Virus record (IMG/VR): IMGVR_UViG_3300034418_006779
Location: 1 to 64,000 of that record
Source: a virus
DNA: 64,000 bases
Direction: 5' to 3' (one strand)
Every line of letters begins with the position of its first letter. Position 1 is the stretch's first letter. Below are positions 49,301-61,300 of the stretch, in pieces. The notes under the pieces are model-generated. The model searched no databases. It was not told where the DNA came from and saw only the letters and a program-made list of their open reading frames with translations. The translations under genes were made by a program, and so were the position numbers.

Positions 49301-52300
49301 GTTGACTTAATGACTTATGACAAAGAGGGTAATGTTTATATTTATGACCTCAAGTCGATGAGAAGCAACAAACTAGAAGGGAATGACTATTACTCCAGAA
49401 CACACGGGAGAAAGAAATCGGATGCAGAAACTCACCAAGACCAGTTATCACTTTACCGCATTCTGTTAGCAAACAGCACTGGACTTTTGGCTGCTGAATT
49501 AGCAGTAATTCCAACAGTAGTTGGGGGGTACAATCCTGACGGAGAAGTAAAAGTTCCAAGCACTGTTAACATTCTAACCAAAAGATTTGGTCCTGATGTT
49601 ACTAGTATGGTAGACTTCTTTGTCTTCATGGATCCAAAAGATTCAGTGAGTGGTATTGAACTTAGTCCTTTGAGGACATTCATTACAACTCCACCGTCAA
49701 CTCCTATCCAAGTTCCACCATCTACTCCACAAGCATCTGAAGAGGAAGCAGAGGCAAGAGCTGACTTAGCAGCTGTTGTAGGTCTTACTAATAAGATTGA
49801 CGCAGAGCTAAGAAAGATTGATCAAGACCAAGAATTTCATGCGGATGCCGAGGAAGATCTACTTGAAGGGTTGACTAAGAAAGAGAAGGAGATGCTATCT
49901 AAAATTCGTAAGAAGCATTCTTCTTTTTGGGTGGGGTCTAGAGAAGAATTAGCTAAGCTAGTTGGGACTAAACAGAAGAAGGTTGATGAGTTCATTGAAA
50001 AACTCGAACAGAAAGGATTTCTAGAGTTCAACGATGAGACTGTTGTACTAACGCTTTCTGATCTACCGGCACGCTTTGCTGCTAGGAATGGATTCTCCGC
50101 AATCATTGAAGCTGCTGAAGATAACTTCAACGGAGTTATTGCACGAATTAGAAAGAGACTAGAGAAAGGAGAGGATTACCAAGTTGAGTTTGCTGATCTT
50201 ATTAACTTCATTCAGCATCAGTTGGAAGCAGTTAATAGCGCTATCTCCGAAAGACAATATGACATGTATGAGATGCTTTACTTGCATTATGTATTTGTCA
50301 ATAAGTCAAGAGACTTCCAGAAACCCCAAATTCCCAGCTACGAAGAGTGGTTAAAGCAATCCATTGTTCCTGGAGCAGATGTTAAGATTGATGACCAGTA
50401 TGATGAAAATACAATAGATGAAGTTAAGAACATGTCTGACTTCATCAAGCGATTCTTTGAACTTCCTGATAAGAAATTAGGAGAGCAGGGAACGAAGGCT
50501 GCTGTAGATAAGGTTGCTTACTTAGCTCGTGAATATTTTAACGAGGCTTTAACGTCAGAGGGATTCAGTGCTCAAGAGATTAGTGATAGTCTAAATGAAG
50601 GAAAAGTTCACCCGGATGTTTTCAATAGAAAGAAGCTTCTCCCCGGCACAAAGCTCAAGATTAAAGTTAACCATAATTATACTGGAGTAACTAAGTATCA
50701 TCCTGAGCTGATGGGAGACCTCCCTACACAAGAGACGCCTCAAGGAAGAGTAGTGCAGTGGAGCGATTTTATCGCTAAGTATCCACAAGGTACTTTAGAG
50801 TATAACATGTTTGTCCCTCTTGAGATCAGAACTGAAGATGATAGACTGATCGGATGGTACCACACCGTAGGATTTGCTACTAAGCATACTATCAAAATCA
50901 AAGATGGCCAGACTTCTGATGAAGCGGTCGAGGAAGCAAGAGAAGCAGTGATAGACGCTCGTGACATTATTCTGAACAACTTAAACTCTCAAGGAGAATT
51001 TGATGCAGGAGGACAATTACAAATTGAAGAGACTAGCATAGGTCAGTTACTTCGACCAGAGAATAAGAATAGAGTACGTGCTTCAGAAGGAATAGAAGAA
51101 GATCTAGACATTGTGGTTGGTCGTATGACTGGTCAAAAAGCTAGTTTGCGTACAGGACCTAGTGATAAGGAAAGGGTTCAGCAGAACCGTGTCCATAGAA
51201 TGAAAGGGTTTAAAGTCATTCGCGGCCTAACGTACCTGATGTTCCCAGTAGGAACTAAGGAAATTAAAGTAGGTAAGAAGAAAACAAAACGAACTGTGAC
51301 TACATTCGCTCCTGTTCCTTTGTACAAACACAAGATGGGAACAACCAAAGCTAATGAGGAAGATCAATACAGTGATATCAGATCGTCCATTGCTAAGGTA
51401 ATTGAGCTATTCATCGACACTAGTAATGAAAACAACATGCCTCTGATCAGAGAGTTTGAAAAACAAACCGGATATAATCTGAGAAAATGGGAGCATGTTA
51501 AAAAGTACTTGGAGCAGTTTCTCTATGACAGAACTATTCCAGCTGAGTACACTGAGATTATTGACTTCATCAAAGACTCTAATCTAGACGATAGTAAAAT
51601 GGTATTTGCTCTAAAGTTTAGAGAAGACAGTAATGACAAGAGAGCACAGTTAGTTCTTGGAAGTAAATTATCTGCAGACGGAAGCCAGTTCATTAATCTT
51701 AGAAGAGGAGATCAATTCACAGAGCAGCACAGGGCGCTCATTGAGAAGCACCTTAAAGCTATGTTCTTTAACACATCTCTTGCAGCAGTTAAAAACAATA
51801 AACCAGTCTTTATAATTAAGAAAGGCAAGGTTGAGCAGATCGCCAAAACGTACAAAGAGTTTGTAAAAAGCACATCAGATGTTCCTTTTATTGGGATGAA
51901 GTATACTGATGAGAATGGTGAAACTCAGCATACATACACAGCACAGAGATTGTTGTTAATGAACTCAGATTCTATCATGGACTACACTGCTCCTGAAACA
52001 TCTGCTACTGAGGCAAAACAGGAGACGGTGGAACAGCAACGTGCTAAGCATGAGCTTACGTATAAGCCTAATCGATTGAAGCAAAAGATTGATAAGTATC
52101 AGTTTGAAAGGATTGCTAAGAGACTTAAAGAACTGCGCTCTAGTGATGCTACGCTTGCTTTATACAATCAGTTAGTAGATGTATACAGAGGTATTCATGA
52201 TCAGATAATCATTGCCAAGAGTCATAATGTTGATGTTGGTAACTTTATCTCAGGAGACTTAGAGACAATGGTTGATCCTTACATGGAAGAAGGACTAGAT

Positions 52301-55300
52301 GTTTTCACACAAGAAGAACTTACTGGTTTGATCTCCTATGTTCAAGAGTACTTTGCTGGTACTGAGAAAGCATCTCTATTGGATTTGATTGACTACCAGA
52401 ACAAGATCATTCGCCCTGCTCAAGATGTCGCTAAAGCTGTTGAGACCCGACACGCATATGGTATTGAGTTTATGGATTCATTATCTTATGAAGCTGCTAA
52501 AGAACTTAGCAACTTGGTTAGTGATATGAAGAAAAGGTACAACGAAAACGATGAGGAAATCAAGCCCGATGATGTAGGTAAACTCGTTATGCTAATGACC
52601 AAAGGTCTTAAAACCAGCATAAGTTCTGCCAACATGACTAAGCTTAAGACTTATTTAATAGATGTAATTCATGACAGAGCAATGTCAGTTGAAGAAATCT
52701 ATACAGCAACAGAGTCTTATACCATTAGCCCATATGGAGAAGAAGATATTAAAGCAGTGGAGAAAGAGTTTAAGGCAGAAGAGTCTACCGGGGCAGTCAG
52801 CGCCGTAAACCCACCTTCTGACGAACAAGAGGCTGCGGACTTGGCAGAGCTAGATGCTATTAGAGCTATGTTCCCTAACTCAGATGATGAATCTGCTAGC
52901 CTATATGGATTTACTCCGGCTCAGCAAAAGTTTGTAGACACTCATTATGTTGAAGGAGTTGATGTACTCAATCAAGGAGCTTTCATTAAGAACATGTTAG
53001 CTGAATTGTTTGATAAAGTAATCTATAATCCTAAGGGAGTTAAAGTGAAGTTGGAAGAGTATGTTCCTCAATTAAAGTACAATACTGTTAACATGAGGAA
53101 AGATCTTCGAAGAAAAGCAGCTGCTATTCATGAGCAGATCAAAAGCAAGTATGATGCGGATACCTACAGTATGCAACAAGCAGCAAAAGATCCTGATAAT
53201 GCAGCACAGTTCAGCGAGATTCTTCAGCTTGATGCCAGAGCGAAAAAGCTTGACTTGATGATAGCTGGTTGGGACAAAATAGAAGGATTGTTATATGAGA
53301 GACTTACTAACACTGCCGGGTTTAAAATGTCAAAGGACAAATCAGCTCGTAAAGAAGTTGACCTAGACACTCCTGCCGAACATGAGGGAGAGAATGTAAG
53401 CTCTGATGAGGAAATGACCGAGTCAGATTTCTCAAAGAAGAAATTTGATTCTCTTGTTGGTGAAGTAGATCCTAAAGCTAGTGCATCTCCCTTGCTTAAG
53501 ATGTTCTTGTCCACTATTCCTAGAAGTGAGATTGATCCAGAAACCGGAAAAGCTATTGGAGGATTTAGTTGGTATAAAGGAACTGAATATGTAGACTTTG
53601 ATAAGGTGTGGGGATTCTTGAAAGAGACTCTAGCAAACAAGTGGTCTGACCGTAAGGCAATGATTGAGGAGTTAGAAAACTATACTACTTCTCATCCGTA
53701 TGTTCAACACATCATTGACTTGCTACAGCGTGACAAAACTCATGCTGCTACATTACAGCCTAGGATTTTAGCAGAACTACAGAACGATCCAGCATATTTT
53801 ACTAAGTATACAAACGAGCAACTAGAGAAGATGTCTTGGGACCGAGCAAACTATCGGGTCCAGAAACAAATGCAATTAGCTAGACAGCTTATCGTAGCCG
53901 TTCGTTCTACTGCGATCAATATGTACATGGTGATGGCTTACTCCAACTTGACAGGAGGAGACAGCTATAGTAGATATAAAACTATCCCGGCTAACAGGAA
54001 TAAGGTGGACAAAAAGGTTAGAGATCAATGGACTATTAACCTAAAACAAACTGCTTTGTACTCTCCTAAGTCAGAGTTTGATGCTACGTTATATCCTAAT
54101 ACATCTAGAATAGACGCACTGTTTAACAAGTATGATAATCAGTATCGTAAAACTTTAGATCATCTTGTAGGTTTCCTATCTGAGATAGGAGTTACTCTAT
54201 CTGACGAAGTAATAGCTGACATCATTAAATGGGATGGTAACATTCCACTAAGTGGGGGAGAGTGGGTAGAAGCTGGAGAATTATTGTCAGTATTGCTCAG
54301 TGATAAAGGACTTCGTCCTAAAATGGTTAACAATCTACCTCTAGCAGCATCCAACCCTCTTAACGATGGATATATTCAGAGTCTATCCCGTCTACAAGCT
54401 AAGCATGAACAAGGTCTAAGACCTCAGTCAGCAAGGATTAACAATAAATCTATTTATGAGTATACGACTACTCAGTTTAATGCGGACCATTTAAGAGAGC
54501 TACAAGAAGATGGAGATATGATTGCAAACTTCTCAAAGTCTCATTTCTCTGCTAAGTCACTATGGCTTCAAGATTCTTATGATCATACAGGAGGAGTAAT
54601 GATGATCGATGAGGAAACAGGTCAACCTGTATCTACTGGTTTAGGTCTTCATGAAATGGAGTTCTTTACCGTATCGCTTAATCCATACAAAGAAGATTGG
54701 CAAACAAGTTCTGGTAACCCGGTTCCATTACAGGATCGTAATGAGTTACAGCATGAACTTACAAAGATTGCTCACTTCCAAGAAGGATTTGAAGGCGGTT
54801 CCGAGTTTCAAACATATGAAGAAGGAGAACCTGTTAGACGTAGACGCACTAGTCTGTTTTATCCTACTAACTCTAACAAAGAGAGGGCTACAGGCTTTAG
54901 AGGAATCAAGGCTATTGTCAGTTCTTTTTATGGACAAGAGAATCGAATTGTGCTTACAGACGAGACTCTTGATGTCGCGATGGAACAGTTAGTGGAACCT
55001 GAGTTTAACAGAATTGTAAAGATTCAGTCTCTAATTGCTGCAGGGGACACTCCTAGAATTAAAGCATATGCTCACGGAGGACAGATGTTTCACTTTATTC
55101 CATCTCTTAATAATATGGAAGAACTTTGGGATGAATTTGGACAACTGAATACAGAGGCATTAAATGATCCTAAGATTCAAGAACTAGTTAGAGATCGAGT
55201 TAGTAAACATTTAATTAAACTAGGACAGAAGAAATATAAATTCTGGAAAAAGGCTGGTATCGGAGCTACTAAAGAAATCGAAACTAAGAGTGGTAACACT

Positions 55301-58300
55301 ATTAAGAAGCATTTTCAGGGGCTCGACAAGTTCTACATGCACAAGATGTTTGGAGCCAACAAGAACATGACTGATCAACAAAGAGAGTTGGCCATTCAGA
55401 AAGCAGCTCTTGATATGGAGATCAACTACATGATTGCAAATGCAAACATGTATATGTTATTTATTGGTGACCCAGCTTTGTATTTTAAACCTAGCATGAC
55501 TAAGGATCTCATCAAGAAATATCCAGACCCTATTGATTTTATCAGGGCGTATCATTCTGAGGTTAACGATGAGTATAGAATCAATGTGGTCAAAGATACA
55601 TTCGATAATGCTGGTAAACGTCTAGCAGGGGATATTGCTCCTGGATATGAGTTAGCAGATACAGCTAACCCAGATTTTGCAGATGATCTTGAGATTAATT
55701 ATATGTTCTTAGGCGATGTTAAAATTGCTAGTGTAGAAAAAGAATACTTAAAACGATTAGGATTGGGAGATGCCTATGATGGGCTCGAAGGTGCAGATGG
55801 TCAGGAGTATACTCACTGGTCAGAGCACTTAAAAATACTATATCATTTGGGTAGACTGACAGATGATGATTATGAGAGAATTACAGATAAACTAGACAGA
55901 GGTGAAGACCTGAATGATTCAGATTTGAAGACTGTTCTTCAGCCAATGAAACCTGTTTATGTTAACAACAGATGGGATGAGGGATTAAGTACTTACATCA
56001 GAACCTATGTTAAAACGTCTGCATTCCCTCTACTTCCACAGCTGACTCGTGATCTCGAAATAGATAAGCTAACTCAATTTTTAGAAGAAAGATACCAAGA
56101 TCCAGAAGCACTGACAATACATCGCGTTCCTATGATGTCTGGTACTAAGGTTGGTGGATTTAGCGATGCCGTTGAGTTCATGAATGCAGATGGTACATTT
56201 AAGACATCGGAAGAATTGGCAGAGGCCGGAGCCTTTAATCAAGATCTACACGTGATTACTGTACCTCGCCAAGGATTTAGAATTCAGCAAGATGTTCCTT
56301 ACAAAGAAGATAAAGATGAGATCAACCGTGTATCGCAGGCTGCTAAACTTTTGGTAGTAAACATGATGGGGCAGAAAGGATTTGAACCCAAGAGGTTTAT
56401 TATAGATAATAGAATCTATGACCTCGTTCCTTCTATTAGAGAGTTCTTCATTGATGATGAAGGCAATGAAATAGACCATGACTTCTCAGGAGAGGATATG
56501 AATAAGATCTATAATGCCATATTCAAATATCTGTATGAGGAAGACATGAGAGGATTCGTAAACGAATTCATGGAAGAGAATGGAGAAGACCTCGACTGGA
56601 ATAAAGTAAAGGATGTAATTAGAGACGAGGCAATAGCACGTAACTATCCACCAACAATGGTGGACGCTATTGATATGTTTGATGATGTAGCATTCTTGAA
56701 GTTCTCACCATACGCTCTACAGTTTCAAGCCTTGCTTAACTCTATTGTTAATAACAGAGTGTTGAAGAAAACAATGCCAGGCCACTCATACGTACTTGGA
56801 TCAGAGGAAGGATTTAGAATTCAGGAAGGACTTACAGAAGATAATCTTAAGAATACTGAGATTATCTATACTGGTTCATTCAATGGTAAATATCTACAAC
56901 CCGCTAGATACTTGACAGTAGAAAATGCTAATGAAAAAGAAATTGCTGATGCTAGAAAGGAGAACAGAATTCTTAAAGAGGAGAAAGATGGTGTAGAAGT
57001 AGAATACATTGTAACCGAAAAAGGTAAAAAAATTATGAGGGGAGATCAAGTATTTGTAGCTCCTAGATTTAAAATTGAAGATAAAAACGGGAAAGAGCGT
57101 TATATTGATCTTAGAGAAACTTATTCAGATGGTACATATAAGTGGTTGAACAAGGACAAGAACGGAAGGCTTACTCTCAAGAAGAGTAAATTCTCTAAAC
57201 AAGCTCTTGAGATGTTTGGAATGCGTATCCCTAACCAGGGTCCTAACTCCACAGCATATATTGAGATTGCAGGGTTCTTACCTAAGAAGATGGGGGACTT
57301 GATTATTGCACCTCGTGACTTCACAGCTCGAATGGGTTCTGACTTTGACGTTGATAAACTGTACTGTTATCAATATTACTATTCTGTTAACAAGTCTGGT
57401 AAGATTGTGGCTTATAAAGGAAAAAATGATAAGAAGAGATTAAAAAATGCATTGGTGAATGTTCACATGACTATTACTAGTAACCCGGATGAGAATGTAC
57501 AGAAAGCTATCAGTACTCCATTGAATGAGTGGAGACTTGGTGAGATTGGTAATACCATATTAGGATTCAGAGAGAAGAGATTTTCTGAAAGAGATCCTGA
57601 GACTGGCGAAGTTATTCCAGCTAATGAATCCTTTAGTGGAATATCCTCTGAGTATCAGAGAACTAAGTATCTCAATGCTCGTGCTGGTAAGATTGGTGTA
57701 GGTGTATTCTCTCAGGATTCAGTATTTAATGCTATGCTGCAGCAGCATAGAGTTACCTTAATGAGACAACAAACTGACGATTCTTGGGATGACCATTTCG
57801 AAAAGTTTGGGGATCAGGACTCGAAGCTAATGTACACAACGGACACTACTGATGGAACACTAACTAAGATGGAGGTTATCTCTGCTTGGCAGTCTGCGGC
57901 GGTGGACGATGAAACATTACAGATTCTTTATAAGCTGAATGTTAACTCTACTACTATGCCGGTTGTTAGGTATATGAACCAGATTGGTTTTGTTGAGGAG
58001 ACTCCATGGTTCTTGACTCAAGATGCTATGTTTGACTACTTAGACTTTTTGAACCAAGGTATGAAAAGAGCTGATGCGGTTAGTGCAGTATTTAAAAAGT
58101 ACAACATCAAATTTCCTGATGAAGCTGAAAAACTGAAGGAGTTTAAGAACGATTTATATGAAGAAGCTAATGAAATTGGATTAGATAAACTCAAGCACAT
58201 GGTTGAGAATGGCCCTGACTCTGATGATTATACTCCAGAAGAGTATGCTAGAATTCAAGGAGCACTGTTCTATAAGTTTCTAGACTTCACTAAGAAAGGC

Positions 58301-61300
58301 GAAGACATTGGAGACTTACAGCGTAGGCTGGGTCGTGATACCAAAACAGTTGGTAAGAACTTGATTGAAACTTTGGAGATTCTTAAGCCAGCGGAGAATA
58401 AATCTAAGATGTATAAGATGGCTAATGAAGAGAAGTTATTTAATGAGACAATTCCTGGTTGGATTTACATGAATGCTTTACCATTGGCTCTTAAGTTTGA
58501 TGATATATTTCAAGTACAGTCACCTCTTATAGAAGAAGTATATTCGTTCTTAGATGACGCTGTACGCTGGACACTACCCAATGATACTCGTGAGAAAATC
58601 TACAAACATATGATTTCTTACTTTTTCTCACTACCTAAATTTGGTATGTTTGATGGAGACGTTGTGTCAGCTAGAGAAAGACTATTTTTTGACAGCAGGG
58701 TAACAAATGGAATGCTGTGGGATAGAATGATCGAGCAACAACTGCAAGGATTGAGAGATAAAATCTCTTCTCGATTTGTAGTAGGAGAGACTACTGATAA
58801 TCAAGCTATTGAGTATGTAGCTGCCTCAGATACTTACATTATCTCATCGGCTCTTGATCTAAACGCTGTTACATCTATGATGGATAGAGCAGCTATATTT
58901 GATGAGAAATCTACTAAGAACAGCTTTATCATTAAGCATTGGAACAAACCTACTAAGAAAGAGCGAAACAAAGCAGTTAATACAGACGGGAAGAAAGGAC
59001 GGTTAGAGTCTACTTTTAATAGTGACCCTACTCAACTTCAGAAGTTTGTAGTAGCAGCAAAAATATATTCTTTGGCTAATCAATCAGAGAAAATTGAAGC
59101 AGCTCATTTTAAGTACGCGTTGAATAACTTCATTAAACTAGCGCAAGCTAGAGATGTGAATCCTGTGAATAATATGTCATTGGCATCTATTTTCTCAAAT
59201 ATTATGTCACATGATTATGTTAGGAACAATCCTTTCTTGATTGGTATGACCGCAGACATTAATGAACAAGGAATTAGTAAGCTAACTTTCAATGCTACCG
59301 AAGGAACGTTAATGAACGAGCGAGTTTATAGTGAGGCTTTTCTAAATCTATTTAATGACGTACGCCAACCTGTGTTAGGAGTATTCAACGGAATACGATA
59401 TACGCCCAAGTTATTAGGACAGGAATTAATTAAGTATGCTATGCTCTCCGGTGCTAAACAGGAAGCGATTGAATTTACTAAATATATTCCGCCAAGTATT
59501 CTATACAATCTCCCTCTTGCTTCTCCAGATGGTAGAACAATAGGTGACGAGGTTAGTAACGCTTCACTTAGAGATCTAGACATGTTCCAGAACTTTAAGT
59601 ACCAGTTCCTACAGCACATGTCAGAGCATCTGATCAAGGTTAGTTCTTACTCAATGGATCTTGACAACTACGTTAAGAAAGGTAAGAAGTTTAACCATAA
59701 AGAAGACCTACTTCCTGCTGTTATTGATAAGTCCAGAATTAACTTCAAGGATAACAATATCAAAACAGAAGAGGGTGAGTTCTTCATTCCACATGCTTTT
59801 GTTACTGAAGAGGTAGCTACTAAAAAGATGGTAGTATATGTCAGTAACAGAAATAACAAGTACCATAAGGTAGATAGTCTTGGAGTATTCGGTATGAGAG
59901 AGTATGATCCTAGTAAGCAGTTTGCTGCGTCAACAGTGAACCATGCGGCTAATACTACTACTCATGTAAACTTTGCTGATAACTATAGTGATGATCTTGT
60001 TAAGTGGGAGAAAGCTCAAGTACTCAAACCTATGGAAGTAGAGGAGTTTGAGAGACTCATAGATGCAAACTTAATGAGTGAGACAGCTACTCCTAGTATG
60101 GCCGAAGTTATTACTGCAACTAAGAAGTATACTAAGTTTGACTTTGAAAAGAGTATGCTTGAAACCTACGCTCAGATGGCAATTCTAACTGGTGTAGAGT
60201 TTAGTGTTAATCAACCTGTTGAAGGAACTTCAAGATATGATAATGAAACATATTATGATCCAGCATCTAACAGAGTTAACATCAACAAAGACACTCTAGA
60301 TAAAGTAACTGAGATCTTAGGCTCGAAAGGAGAAGCGTTTAAGTACTTGCTGATGCACGAGCTGGGTCACGCCTTTACTAAAATGTTTATTCATAAACAT
60401 CCTTCACATCGCTTGACCATTCAGATCAAACAACTACAACAAGAGTTTGTTAGAAACTTGGATAAAGAATCTGATGCATGGAAAGAATTGGTAGAAGAAA
60501 ATGCTTACATTGAAAATACTCTTACTGACATTCATGAGTTCATAGCTTACGCTATGAGCGATAACAAGTTCCAGAAAGTACTTGCCGGGATGAAGAGAAA
60601 GAACGAATCAATGTTGAACAAGTTCTTCCGTTTGATCAAAGGGATCATAGGAGATTTGGCTAGAATGTTGGGAGTTAAAATCAATGACACTCTCTTGGAA
60701 ATCACATTAACTAATGTAATGCAGATGCAATCTCTGTACGCAGCTTCCGTTTCGGATGTAGATCCGGATACTGGAGTCTCAGCTTTTGAACAACTTACAG
60801 AGGGATCTAATGCAGGAATAGTAATTTATGAGATGGATGGAAAGATGTATGAGTTCACTCTTGATGGAGTAGGCGTTCCGATTAGTTATCGTAGAGGAAC
60901 TGATCTAACTAACCTACAAAGTCCTCGTTCGTACACAGGAGATAGATTAGTAGCAAAAACTAAGGAGCTCTATTATGATGCTCTCAAAGATGGAGCTATG
61001 ATTCTAGGTAAGACTACTGAGTCTACTCAAATGAGTTCAGAAATAAGCAAGAGACCTAGCATTGAAGAGACCATTGCTGCGATGGATAGAGCAGGTAGGA
61101 TCGAAAGAGATAGCGAAGGAAATTTGACAGATGTTAAAGCACTTAACGGTAAGTCATCTAAACTTTTCCATTCTCTTACTGAGATTGTTCCTGACGCTGA
61201 GCAAGCTCTTAGAGAGTATGCTAATGTAACAGCGTATAAGGGTGATTGGGATCAACTAGAACTAGACTCCAATGGGGAACCTGATTTGGTTGAACTAAAT

